A DNA stretch of 48,978 nucleotides from Chiloscyllium plagiosum (taxonomy: Eukaryota): contig NC_057720.1 in the NCBI RefSeq assembly GCF_004010195.1, positions 13,225,508-13,274,485 of the forward strand, given 5' to 3'. Each line of letters begins with the position of its first letter. The stretch's first letter is position 1. The position numbers and the translations under genes were made by a program. Positions 25,717 to 38,361 of the stretch are shown one piece after another. The notes under the pieces are model-generated. The model worked only from the letters and a program-made list of their open reading frames with translations. It ran no database searches and was not told the origin of the DNA.

Positions 25717-26564
25717 GTGAGTCCTAATTCTTGATAAATATGTATTGCATTCTTTGTTACATTAGAGGCAATTATTCATCATATCTAGTCATACTTTTAT
25801 GTTTTGATTACTTTTTCACCAAGCTGTATGAAGAGAAATACCTTAAAGTAAAGATTCCATAAGCTCTTTACAAAAGGTTATGGATAGAATTGCATTATAT
25901 TTAATCTGACTATGGGACAGGGCCTTTCTATTGTTCATCATGTGAAATGCATCCAGGTGAAGTGCTGATCACTTTATCTACTTCATAACTTAATCGCTAG
26001 ACTCATCAGAATTGAGAATTGACTGGTGCAAGCATTTTCAACTCTCAAATTTTAACCATGTGTTAAAGTTATTTTTTTCATTGTATTTGCATTTACTTAG
26101 AAATTATGAGCACATGGCTGCAGTTGTGAAATGTGTATCTGTTGCTCTATCTTGTCAATTTGGAGTAAGTTTAAGACCAGTAACTGTGAATTGAAAGCAA
26201 AGTTTATAATCCTATATAAGAGCAATGAGAGCAAGTTCGTCTAGATTTTACATAGGAGTTATGTGCATTCTATCCTGCCAAGAATGTCCAACTAAATTGA
26301 TAGAACCTGCCAGATCAACCTGTATTTGAGCTAGAATATCAGGCTTAGTAGGCTGGGAATGAGTTGCACAGTCAGGATTCTTATTTTCTGAGCATTGCTA
26401 CATTTGTTTTGTTTAGTTTTATGTATTTTTCCATCATTTATCAGTTCGCACTTCAGCTCAGTAAAAAAAAATAAGGCTGATTGGAGAAAAAACTTTGCAT
26501 CACAGACAGAATGATACATGTGGATATATAAAATAACTCAAATTCTAACCTACTGTTTCTTCAG

Positions 26565-26650
26565 GCAAGATTTGTAAAAAATGTTACTACGTGGAAAGAA
26601 ATGAAGCCAGGATTTTATCATGGGCATGTGGCGTATCTGGATTTTGCCAA
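26565..26650 (+). CDS. HS2ST1: HS2ST1 internal coding exon (probably exon 3), 86 bp; too short for the ORF track
   Basis: Translates ARFVKNVTTWKEMKPGFYHGHVAYLDFA(K), continuing the previous exon in frame. Branch-like ttctaac and tttcttcAG acceptor ending 26564; donor GTaagt at 26651 (phase 2). Confidence 0.95.
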
Positions 26651-26978
26651 GTAAGTGATTTAGTTCATAGGAATTGGTTCTCTGAATCAGGTACGCTAAA
26701 TTGTCTATAAATTCAATGCGTTGCCTGAGCCTAAATCCCTTTATATTTAATGCAAACTAATTGTCTGTGCCAAATAAAGCTGTGGTTAATTTTTAGGAAT
26801 TGTTGTGAATTTATATTTTTAAAAATGCTGTGGAACCTGGTCAGCATCTTTGTTTTCCAAAAATGATACTCTCCTTGTTAGTGCTATTATGACAGCAACA
26901 TGACATCCAAATATACATGCAGGTGTAAGCATAATTCTGTGCAGAAACCCAAATGATAAATAGAATATACATGTTCCA

Positions 26979-26993
26979 GCTGCCCTCTGGTGG
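26979..26993 (-). promoter_or_regulatory. CTCF-like core motif
   Basis: Minus strand CCACCAGAGGGCAGC matches the CCASYAGRKGGCRS consensus; motif match only. Confidence 0.4.
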
Positions 26994-27209
26994 TTAATTC
27001 AGTATTTGCCTTGCCTGAAAATTATGTCTGTGGCTGCCAATATATGAAGATAGATTTGGAGTTTATGCATTCTAATTTTTTTTTTATTCCTTCAACTGAA
27101 GCTAGTGTGAAAGAGAAGTATTTTTCACTCTAACAACATTTATAAAGAATATAGAAACATGCTTGATGTATTTCCTTGACTCCTCTGATCCCCTAATGTT
27201 GGATGACCG

Positions 27210-27280
27210 ACTGTGGCTTTTCCAACACCACCCTTTTTGACTGATTCTCCAGCATCTGCATTCCTCATTTCTCCTAGTTG
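27210..27280 (+). mobile_element. Penelope-like extreme 3' fragment
   Basis: cttttccaacaccac...ctccagcatctgcattcctcatttctcct. Confidence 0.65.
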
Positions 27281-29039
27281 TTGTTAACCCACTATGATAA
27301 CTACACTTTAAGTTTTATAGTTTTTATTAATAGGAAGTCAGACTATATTTAGAATTCACATTTCAGCAATAAAGAATTACAAATAATTAACTCTATCCTG
27401 ATCCAAAATATAGAATAATAGCTCAGGCAGCACAAGAATGAATACAGTAAAAGTAGGTAATTTGACCCCAACATCATTTGATAAGGTTGTAACTGCAGCT
27501 GCACGTTTCTTCCCTGCACCTCTGCAACCCTTGATACACTTGTAAGGTCAAAAATCAATTTGTGTGAGGGCAAACAGCCATGGGTAATTGCTGTCTGCTG
27601 AGCACTGAGGACATTTATGCTTTCCTAAACCCTACGTACTGCCGACAGCCCCACTTCCACCAGCCCTTTCCTTGCCACCCCCAGCCTTTTGTCTCCCTGG
27701 TTCTTTCTACTCCTCTTTCCCTTCCTCAAACTTGCCCTCCAATTCACTCTTCTCTTAAATTATCAGCTGACACAGCCCAATAAAACATTACTATGTCAGA
27801 CCATTAAAGATAAAAGCAGGAAAGAAACAGGATCCACTTGGTTTCAGCTCCTTGTATCAAACATAATGAAAGCGTATACAGTACAACTAATCCTTGGAAA
27901 TCTTCCCCACCTATCCTGGGGAATGATGCGAAGAAAAACGTTCTTGCCAATCAATAGATTTGTCATTTTCACAAAATCGTACCTCATAACCAACATCTTG
28001 AATGTCTCCATTACCGTTTCTGGGCTTATTTTGTTCCAACAGCAGGACAAATCAAACTGAAGTGGAAACGCGGTGATGCTTTCAATTGGTAGACTGGGTT
28101 TGTAGCAGCTGTCTCAAATACAAAGATGTGAGAGTATTCCTTCCTTGAATTTATCTCACCAACCTATCTTTGACAGTGTTGGTAAAAGTGGCTACCGACA
28201 GAATTTCACTTCACACTGAGATGCCTTCCATTGTATCATGCTAGTGAGATTGTTTGTTTAAGAACAGATCAAGCAGCTCAAAACTGGGCATTCTTAAGCC
28301 TCTGAGAGTCCCAAGCAACATCAGCAGAACTGTGTACCATCACAGTTGCTCAAATTTCGGAATGTTTTAAAATTGAATTCAAATTTGACCATCTGTCATG
28401 GTGGGATTTGAACTCCTGTCCCCAGTCTGGGGTTCTGGATTGCTAGTCTATTGATATTACCACTAAACCCTCCCTCCCTTTCTGACTCCATCACCTCAGC
28501 TCTGATTCAATGTAGTTTATAGTCACATATGTTTGGAGTGCTGTCAGGCATACCTGAAAGTGAGGTGAAGATAAAAAACACAAGCTTATGCAAATACTGA
28601 TGCTTCAAAACTAAAACTATAGATGGAACTAAGCAATTCCACAGCAATACATTGAATCATTGTTCTATCCTTTCATATTCAGTTGTGAGTGGGGATAAAC
28701 AAGTAAGCAATTGACGAGAAGATGAGGCGATATAAACATCCTGAATATGCTGAGCAGATTAATTCTAATCATATTGGTTCAGATGGTGAATAAATCAACC
28801 CGTGGAATTTATTTATATTGAACTTGCAAGCTCATCGATACATCTGTATACATAAAGTAAAATATCCAACAGGAACTCAACTATTAATCATCCAGCTAAG
28901 TTTTCAGCCTGGAACTTCAAAGAACTGCTAAAACTTGCCTCTCAAGTAGCAGTTGTAGAACAACATCAGATAACTTGCTCTGAACGTTTTCAGTTCTGAG
29001 CTCATTATCATTTGATTTGTTTCATCATGTGCTGGTGCA

Positions 29040-29053
29040 CCAGCAGATGGCAA
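29040..29053 (+). promoter_or_regulatory. CTCF-like core motif
   Basis: CCAGCAGATGGCAA is near consensus; motif match only. Confidence 0.3.
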
Positions 29054-29749
29054 AGTTGTACCACATAAACTTTTGTGCCCAAAACACACATGCCCATCAA
29101 TAGGATGAGATAATCAGTAACATTTAAAATGCTATAAGTATTTGCATTCGTTCAAGGTAATATCAACTAACTGAGACATCATGTCTATAAGCAGGTTATT
29201 TGATGGTTTTTAATTTACTTAAACTTGTGATGCAACCTGCCTACATTGATCTGCAGCATCTTAATTACATAACCATCTATTAAACTAATTATGCAATATA
29301 TAGATATTTATACTGACTCCTCCATTATTGTGCTACTTTTCCAAATGTAGATAGCACGGGTTTTAATTTCCTTTATTTTTGGACTATGGACTAACAAAGG
29401 AAGATGCAGCCTTGAACCAAGAAGACACATGTCTGTAATTTTAAAGGTGTTTGCTGGAACACATTGTATATAACTTTCAATGTCGCATTTTCATGGAGCA
29501 ATGAGAGCAAAAGCAGACCATACAGAGCTGATTGGTTCTGAATAGAGGTCATTATGATTGGCTCCTGGCCAGGTGACCATTACTTGTATGGAGCCAAGAA
29601 TTGTCCAGTCTGCAAAGACAGAACCTCAAAAAATGTCTTTGCCTTCTGACTGTCTGTCTCTCATTTAAAAGAGAATTTAGAAGTAATAGCGTTACATTAA
29701 GTTAATGATTCATATTACTTAATTGCCATTAGTTCAAGACACTTAGTCC

Positions 29750-31430
29750 ATAATAAACAGGTATTTTTTTAATGCTCTGAGAGAAGAAATTCTCCATCTC
29801 AGTTTTAAGTTGGTGCCCCTTTACTCGGAGGCTATGCCTTCTGATCCTAGACACATTCATGAGGGGAAACATCCTCTCAGTATTTACTCTGTCAAGCCTC
29901 TTAAGAATCGTATATTTTTCAAAGAAATCACCTCTTGTTCTTCTAAATGCCAATGAGTGTAATCCCAACCTGTTTAGTCTTTGCTCATGAGACAGGCAAC
30001 ATCCCAGGGAACCTTCTCTGATCTGCCTCCAATGAAATGATATCTTTTCTTAAATAAAGGGACCAAAACTGCTCTCAGTACTCCAGATGTGGTCTCAGGG
30101 CATGGACCTCGAGTCGTGCAGACTTCAGGCAGGCCTACTGTGGATTTCAAGTGGGCAAGGGCGTGGAGGAGAGTTGCCCCAGTGCAGACCTCTAGTGAGC
30201 TCCTGAAGATTGATGACTTCATTGGTTGGGTCCAGTGCTGGTGGCAATGAAGTGGTGGCGGAAGGGCATCACAGCAAATTCAATGTGGTGGGCTCAGCAG
30301 CGAGAGACACGACTCTGATGTTAGTTGGGCCAGCACAAGTGGTGCCGAGGCAGTAGCAAAGAAATATCAGCTCAGTGGCAAAGATGGCACCTAAACGTCG
30401 GTGACTTCAATGTTGGCTGGATCAGGTGTAGATGGCGGCAAAGTGGTGGCAGTGCAGGCATCATTGAAGGTGATAAGCTGGCTCAGGACTGATTACTCAC
30501 TTCAAGCTATATCTTTTGTTATTTTACATATTCTTAAATTATTCAAAACGCAATTCTATTGTGGCAACAAATGAAAGCTTTCCACGTTTTTGTATTCTTA
30601 TTGTAAAATACAGATGACAATAAAATCTAAATCATATCACCAGTACCTTGTCCAGTTGCAATAAGACTCTTACTCGTATATTCCAGACTCTTTGAAACAA
30701 GGAACAACATTCCATTAGTTTTCCTGACTACCTGCTGCACCAGCTGTTAGTTTTGTTTCATGCGCAAATCCTCTTGTGTTGCAGGTTCTTGCAGTTTCTT
30801 TCTATTTAAATAATACTGTTCTTTTCTTCTGCCTTCCAAAATGTTCAACTTCCCATTTTTCTACATTTATACTCCATTTGCCAACTTTTTGCCCACTTAC
30901 TTAACCTATAACTGTCTCTCTGTGAACTGTTTGTATTCCTTTTGCAGCTTGTCTTTCCATCAGTTTTTTGTGTCATCTGTGAATTTGAATACCTTTTCAC
31001 TTCCTTCTTCCAAGTCATTAATATATATTATTACAGCCCCAACACTGATCCCTGTGGAACCCCACTGGTCACAGGTTGCCAACTAGGAAAAGAATCCCTT
31101 ATCTGCACTTGTTTACTTCCTTACATGAGCCAACTCACAATCCTTGCCAATATGCTACCTTTAAAACTATGAGCTCTTATCTTACGACTTAAACTTTTCT
31201 GAGTTAACTTGTTGAATGCCCTCTGGAGATCAAAATGCAACACATCTACAAATTTTCCACTATCCAGACTTACTATTTGAGACTTGCTCAAAAAACCTCC
31301 AATAAATTGATAGGATATTAGTTCCTTTTCATGAAGCCATGCTGACTCTGCTTGTTCAGATTGATTTCCAAATGTGATCCTATTACTGCCTTAATAATTG
31401 GTTCCAGCATTTTTCCAACTCTGATCTTGG
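29750..31430 (-). mobile_element. Old CR1 RT/3' region interrupted by an unclassified ~540-bp segment (about 30100-30640)
   Basis: GLHSLAFRRTRGD on the minus strand; gtgtcatctgtgaa (FTDDT) at about 30970-30985; ggaaccccact (SGVP). Confidence 0.7.
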
Positions 31431-31519
31431 GTTCATGTCACACTACAGGTAACTCCATTGCACTATTCTCTGTCTCCACACAGTCACACACACTAAACCA
31501 AGCTTACACACACATATGG

Positions 31520-31793
31520 ATTAGATTTTCTACAGTGTAGAAACTGGCCCTTCAGCCCAACAAGTCCACAACGAACATCCGAAGAGTAACCCACCGAGAA
31601 TCATTTCCCTCCATTTGCCCCTGACTGATGCATCTAACACTATGGGCAATTTACTTGACCTGCACATCTTTTGGAATGTGGGAGGAAACCGGAACACCCG
31701 GAGGAAACCCACCCAGACACTGGGAGAATGAGCAAACTCTATGCAGACTGTCACCTGAGGTGGGAATTGAACCCAGGTCCCTGGCACTGAGAG
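31520..31793 (-). mobile_element. HE1-type V-SINE
   Basis: Similar to 36531-36853. Confidence 0.85.
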
Positions 31794-32364
31794 GCATGTG
31801 GCCATGTACAGATAGTTGGGATCAATTTAGAATGTTATCATGGTCAGCACAGATATGGTGGAATGAATGGCCTCTTCCTGTGCTGTGCTGTTCCCTGTTT
31901 AACCTAACTATGTTGGGTATCAAGTATAGATATGCAATCGTAGGTCCTCCTGTTCAACTTGTGTCAAAATAATATGTCTGTTTATTAGATTAAATCCCCT
32001 TGCAAAGTATTCAGTCGTGAGTAGTTGCAGTCCAAATACTGTTGATGACTAATCAGCATGCCCTTCCTTCCAAGTCTTTTCTTGTTTTTTTTCTCTCTCC
32101 TACGTTGCCTGAAAACTTGGTCCTGCATTGCTCGCAGAAACCTTTGTATTCATAGTTTGGAATTCTGAGCCATGAAACAGATCTATTTGGATACATCTTG
32201 TACAGGAGAAGGAAAGGACGACATTTATGTAGAGTCTTTTACAAGCAAAACAATTTGACAGTAAAATACTCTTGATGTGTAATCACTATTTTTATGTTAA
32301 ACAAATTCTAATTTGTGCATAACAACTCCAACACATTCATTGAGCCACCACAAACATCAATGTT

Positions 32365-32640
32365 GTGGTTATCAGATAATCTGCTGAAATGGTATTGATT
32401 GAGGGATAAATGTTGGCTCGGTCATCAGGGATGTTTTTTCTGCTCTATGAAACGTTGCTACAGAGATGTTCGCATCTCGGAGCCTGAGTTTAACAACACC
32501 TTCAACAATGTAGCATTCCATCAGTATTGTACTGAAGGTTGTTAGTTGTGATTTTTTTTTTCCCCTCTTATCCTGGAATGGTGCTCTGAACCAGTGATCT
32601 TTCAACTCTTAGACAAAAGTACAGCTGAGTCATAGCTAAT
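32365..32640 (-). mobile_element. Deu-domain SINE, old
   Basis: tgattgagggataaatgttggc...gtttaac...; similar to 14985-15265. Confidence 0.55.
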
Positions 32641-35075
32641 AATGCAACAAACTTTAATCTGTTGCAAGACTTTGTTATCATTGAAGCAAATAACAAGTAT
32701 GATAAATTTGAGTATTTTTTGTTGGAATTGATGGTATCAGTCACATAAGTGATTTACATTACTCTGTGTCTGCTTGCTAGAAAACATCAACCAGACTGTA
32801 ACAGTAGTATCCCCGTGTACCTTGAATTAGATGTCCATGTCTTTTACAGATATATTTTTTCAGTTTCCCCAAGGAGGCCTTATGTATGTTGTTTAGTTTC
32901 TTTATTTCACATTGTACAACAACCCAAAATATTGAATGGACTATGTTTCTCGCATCAGTGGGTTACCTACTTTGACTACTCCTTTTTGCTGCATTTTATC
33001 TTTCTGCCAGCTGTTTGCTGCCTGATTTGTTTTTACAAACCTCTGTTTGACTGACTGTGTCTATATGTTTTATTTCTTGCTTTTACGGTCAGCGAGAAAC
33101 ACTTGCCAGATTACTTACTTTGTACTTGCGATCAACAACTCTTTAACAGAACCAAAGTGAGGTGTGGATCAATTCCTGCAATAATCTAAGTATTTGCTTA
33201 GCCTTTGAATTCAAGGAAACAAGGTTCAAACTAGTTAATTTGCAAATTAACTGTCTCATGTTTTGGACCTCATTTCCTTTTCCTTTTCCTTTTCCAGGTA
33301 TAAAATATGCTTCTAAATGCAATTAAAATATCTCAAATTGCAACCCCTCTCTATAATAAATGATTAAAATATCCCAAAATGAGAGTGCCTTTCTCCATTG
33401 TACATGTTCTAGAAGATTGCCCAATCTAAAACTTGCCATCTATCAAAATCTTTGGGTACCTATATACATCTGCAATGAGAAATGTAATTTTTATCATCAA
33501 ATGAATATTTTTAATACCCTTGAGCTTGTAAAATGAAGGTACTACTCATTGTTATAAACAGTGGTAAGGCATCAGAGTGCGAGAACATGATAGTGCAGTG
33601 TCACAGATCAACAATGAGAGCAGTGATGGAGAGTCAGAATGAACATGATAAAGCAATGTAAGATATTTATAGTTAAGAATAGTGATGGGGTGTCGTCAGG
33701 AGTCCCAAGCAAATGAACAAAAGTAAAGAAAGTTAGAGAGCATGTTTAAAAAAAAAATGAAAATGATGAGCGATTGGTTGGTGTTCCCTTTCTTTCTTTC
33801 CTTTGTCTTTAAACTAAGATATTCTTTTAAACTAGCAGGTTGGATATCAAAAATTACAATTAGGATAGATATAACAGTAAATTAGGTCACAATAAGAGCA
33901 CGCATATAGAGGAGGTCAAGAGACAGGAATTAAATTTAATACTTTAAACTGCATACTAACCAGACTCTGAAAGAATGAATACATACAAACATCGAAAGGA
34001 AGACTCTTTGATCACATTTGGGGAGCTGAGACCTGTTGTATCAGGTTTGGTGACCATGTTTGTCTAAGGAAACATCTTCAGCAAGTTGATTTTGGGCTCA
34101 CATTTTCTAAGTTTGAGGGCTGCTGAAGTTACCTTGGAGCATGAAGGAAGATTATAGATAGGAATTTCGTGGGTCATATATTCCTAGAGAGAGTCATCCA
34201 CAGGCAGAAAGAGGGGTTATTGATGTGTGTACAGTTTTAAATTGGTCATCAGCATTAGGACTGCTGGGAGTGACAGTAACTTGAATGTGTGCAGTACAGA
34301 CCACAGCACAAGTGAACAAAGGATTGCAGAGGAGGGAACAGCCAAAAGTATAATTGCAATTGTTATTGCAATTGAGATTCCATAATTAGGGGAACAGACC
34401 ATCTTTGTGAGTCTTATCTGGTGTGCTGCCTCACTGATGTTTGGATAAAGGATAGCATGGAGAGGGTGCAGAATATTCTACAGGGTGAAGGGAATAAGTC
34501 AGAAGTAATGGTGCATGTTAATACCAGTCCCATGGAAGGTCATGCATTATTTCAGATTTTCTGGAGCTAGGGAGGAAGTTTAAACAGGTAGCTCTTCAAA
34601 TATAATCTCTGGATTGTTCCTGTGCTCTAGATGAGTGAGTTTGGAAATAAGATGATATTGAGGATCAATGTGTAGCTTGAATCATGATACAGGAAAGAAT
34701 GTTTCAGATTCTTGGGTCATTGGGACCTGTTCAGGAGTGGGAAGCACCAATTCAAAAGGGATTTTTTTGTATCACTACACGACTGTGACTGGTGGCCTCA
34801 GCAGAACTTCACTGTGTGTTTGGGAATGGTTCAGACTAAATTGAGAGGAGTCTGGGCAACAGCATACAAATGAACTCTATAAAGGAGTGAGAATGTTAGT
34901 TATTACTTAAAGCAATAATTTTGCTATATTGTGTAGAAGCAAAATAGTAATGTATGTAAGTGCACAAAGTGTGATAAGGTTGGGTGAGCTACAAGCAAAT
35001 ATCCATATTAGAATATGATGTAGTGGCAGTAATGGAAACATGGCTTGAAATGCTGATACTTAGTATTTAATATTC

Positions 35076-35573
35076 AAAGTTAAAAATTATACAAGACCAG
35101 GTTATAGTCCAACATATTTATTTGGAATACTAGCTTTCAGAGCACTGGTCCTTCATCAGGTAACTAGTGGGGCAGGATCATAAGACACAGAATTTATAGC
35201 AAAAGACGACATTGTCATGCAATTAAAATAATGTATTGAACAAATCTAGATTGTTGTTAAGTCTTTGATTTTTTTTTAGAATGGGTTGCAGGTTTCAGTT
35301 CATTAATATGGAAATCCCATAACTACTTTTAAGTCAGATTCTCGAGATAACTTAAGGTTTTGTAAAAGAAAGTGACATCTCAGCTCAGACAATGCATTAC
35401 AGGTGTGAAGTTAGAGTCTGTCTGTATCCTAATCTTGAGTTAGACTGGTTCTATTTCCAAAGTAGGAATTTATAAAATGTTATATGGATTGACTGCTTAC
35501 AGGTTAGATACATTTTGAGCAAAAATAAAATATATCTGCAAATACAATTCTGCAAGTGCAAATGCATCCCATA

Positions 35574-35618
<45 letters not shown>

Positions 35619-35895
35619 AAATGTCAACTTTTTATAAAACCTTAAGTTACCTTGAGAATGTGACTTAAAATAAGTTCTGGGATTTACATATTAATGATCA
35701 GAAACCTGCAACCCATTCTACAAGATGAAAGACTTAACAGCAATCTAGATTTGTTCAATATATCATTTTAATTGCATGACACTGACCTTCTGCTATAAAT
35801 TGTGTCGTATGATCCTGCCCCACTAGCTACCCGAGGAAGGAGCAGTGCTCTGAAAGTTGTACTTTCAAATAAACTTGTTAGATTATAACCTGGTG
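35076..35895. mobile_element. Penelope-like element with ~290-bp inverted arms, each containing a hammerhead-like motif
   Basis: About 35095-35385 is the reverse complement of about 35614-35895. Confidence 0.8.
35578..35614 (+). repeat. (GT)n microsatellite
   Basis: Perfect GT run. Confidence 0.95.
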
Positions 35896-36343
35896 GGAAA
35901 TCTGCAGGAAAGTCAGGTATACAAAACCTGTAAATATGATGAGACAGGGGTGTTTTAATAATCCAAATGTAGATTGGGATAATGCTAGAATAAAGGATAA
36001 GGAGGAGGAAGAATTCCTGAAATGTGTTCAGGAGAGCTTCCTTAACTGATATGTTGTAGTTGAACCTGCATTTCTGGATTTGGTGCTGGTAAATTAGGTG
36101 AGCTCAATGAACTAAGTGTCTGTAAGGCGGTAAAAGTGGTCAACATACTTTGTAATTTATATTGTTACAGCCTTATCCATTCTTTCTAACTTTTCCTTTT
36201 ATAACTAGCTTCTAAAATAAGTTTTAAGATGGAGACTATCAGTAAAAACTGGGATTCTGTGTAAGGATCATGATGTAGTCAGTGCCGGACCCTGCTGGGG
36301 ATTCAACCTTGGAGACAGCAGAGATTAGCTTTGACTGGGATTG

Positions 36344-36503
36344 CTACTGATTGATCACCCTCATCCTGAAAAATGCCAACCAGAGCTAAGAGGGAGTTCA
36401 ACCCTATGACTTGGCAACAACCACAAAAATGACCAAGTCATAGGGTTGAACACCCACTTAGCTCTGGTTGGCGTTTTGCAGGATGAGGGTGATCGATCAG
36501 CAG
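36344..36503. repeat. Inverted repeat with 71-bp arms and an 18-nt spacer
   Basis: 36344-36414 versus 36433-36503, 65/71 complementary by hand alignment. Confidence 0.9.
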
Positions 36504-36530
36504 AATGTACAACGTAGAGGGAAAAACGAG

Positions 36531-36853
36531 GATTAGATTAGATTAGATTCTCTACAGTGTGGAAACAGGCCCTTCAGCCCAACAAGTCCACACCGACCCT
36601 CCAAAGAGTAACCCACCCAGATCCATTTCCCTCTGACTAATGCACCTAACACTATTGGCAATCTTAGCATGGCCAATTCACCTGACTTGCACAGCTTTGG
36701 ACTGTGGGAGGAAACCAGAGCATCGGAGGAATCCCACGCAGACACTGGGAGAACGTACAAACTCCACACAGACAGTCGCTCAAGGTTGGAATCGAACCTG
36801 GGTCCCTGGAGCTGTGAGGCAGCAGTGCCAACCACTGAGCCACCATGCCGCCC
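36531..36853 (-). mobile_element. Full-length HE1-type V-SINE with a (TCTAA)n tail
   Basis: Minus strand A box TGGCTCAGTGG, B box GGTTCGATTCC, V-domain, and a tail gggcctgtttccacactgta resembling the CR1 tail. Confidence 0.9.
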
Positions 36854-37191
36854 TATAGTAGGTATGGGAGTGTAAAGTCAAATGCTGCAGTTCTGTGTGG
36901 GAGTTGATGGCTAGAACTTGAGCAATGAGGTCTGAAATGGAATTGCCCACAGAGAGGGGACACAGAGTTGACGCTTGGTAGTGAAGCACACAAGACCATT
37001 TGAAGCAAAGAACAGATAACTGACTGGATCAGTAAAGTTGGACTGGAAGGATATTTTCAGCTAAGAGTTGTATTGCGTGTTTTCGCTTGATAGGGTACCA
37101 TGAGGGGACTGCCCGGAAGAGCGAACCAATTCAACTTCCTGACTCTTTGAAAGGAATCAGCTCTTTCCTCTCTAAACTATTGCAGAGCTGG

Positions 37192-37266
37192 ATCAGTGGT
37201 GCTGGAAGAGCACAGCAATTCAGGCAGCATCCGAAGAGCAGCAAAATCGACGTTTCGGGCAAAAGC
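37192..37266 (-). mobile_element. 75-bp Penelope-like insert with 15-bp TSD
   Basis: TSD ctattgcagagctgg at 37177-37191 and 37267-37281; begins inside hammerhead stem II. Confidence 0.85.
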
Positions 37267-37424
37267 CTATTGCAGAGCTGGTCAGAGGGGCTTTGACAGG
37301 TTTGGAGGTTGGAACTGAGATTTAAATGCTGTTCGAGTCCAATCACGTAGCTTATCACCTTTCTATCTTTAACCTAATCTAACTTCCACTGCTAACCTTT
37401 TGTCTTGTCTGTCAGGTTTAAGTG

Positions 37425-37559
37425 GGTAAAAACAAGGACTGCAGCTGCTGGTGATGCCTTTATTCGTGAGTAAAGGCTTTTGCCTGAAACGTTGATTTTC
37501 CTGCTCCTCAGACGCTGCCTGACCTGCTATGCTTTTCCAGCACCACTCTAATCTAGACC
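37425..37559. mobile_element. 135-bp Penelope-like insert with an internal inversion and 16-bp TSD (1 mismatch)
   Basis: ctgtcaggtttaagtg at 37409-37424 and ctgtcaggtataagtg at 37560-37575. Confidence 0.8.
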
Positions 37560-38361
37560 CTGTCAGGTATAAGTGCTGGCTTGGAAAAAAGGGACAATTT
37601 CAGAATAATATTCTGTGTAGTTAGTTAGTGTTTTTTTAAGAGTTTGTATCATTGCCATTCCTAGAATTTTGTAAAATATTTTTTTGTTAGTTATTCCTGG
37701 TTTACATTAAATGGTATCAGGAGTCTTGTAATAAGCATAGTTCCGCATAAAACGTTCATGATGTTACAGATCCACTTTGTGTTTGTCCATGTGGTTAATC
37801 CGTAACAATGCAGAAGTGCAAGAAACAATCTAAAGTTGAACTTCTAAAATGGAAGATGGCTAACTTCAATGGAATGAGAATTAATCTAACCAAAGTAAAA
37901 TGGAACCAAAATAGTTACACATTGTTGACAGGACATGTTTTGTTGTTCTCTTCTCTGCAAGAAGAAATGATGTATGTAAGGTGCATTCCAATAATGGCTA
38001 AAGATATGGGCACCAAAGCCAGTTGTCTGTGGATAAGGAGTTAAATGGAGAAGATAAAATATTTAAAAAGTGGGTACATGATGCAAGTTTAAGTGCAAAT
38101 TAAGCCAAACATAATATAGTAAGAGAGGAAGTAACAAAGAAATAAAACTGGCAAAGAGAATATTGGAAAAGAATGGCAGTTAACATAAAAAAGCCATAAA
38201 TCTTCTGGCATGTATGGAGTACGTGGCAGTTAATGGTAAAGTATACCTCACTGAGGACAAACAAGATGTTATTTGCTTTGGAATACAGAGCAAGACCAGA
38301 ATATTTAATGTGTACTTGAGAACAATATTTTGTAAGAAATATTGCTGGCAAAATATTGAAT

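Noticed and set aside
25423..25734. 103-aa ORF as a standalone gene
   Set aside because: Only 25478-25716 is exon; the ATG and stop lie in intron beyond canonical splice sites.
36780..36853. A/B boxes as a tRNA gene
   Set aside because: They are the tRNA-derived head of an HE1-type SINE present in several copies.
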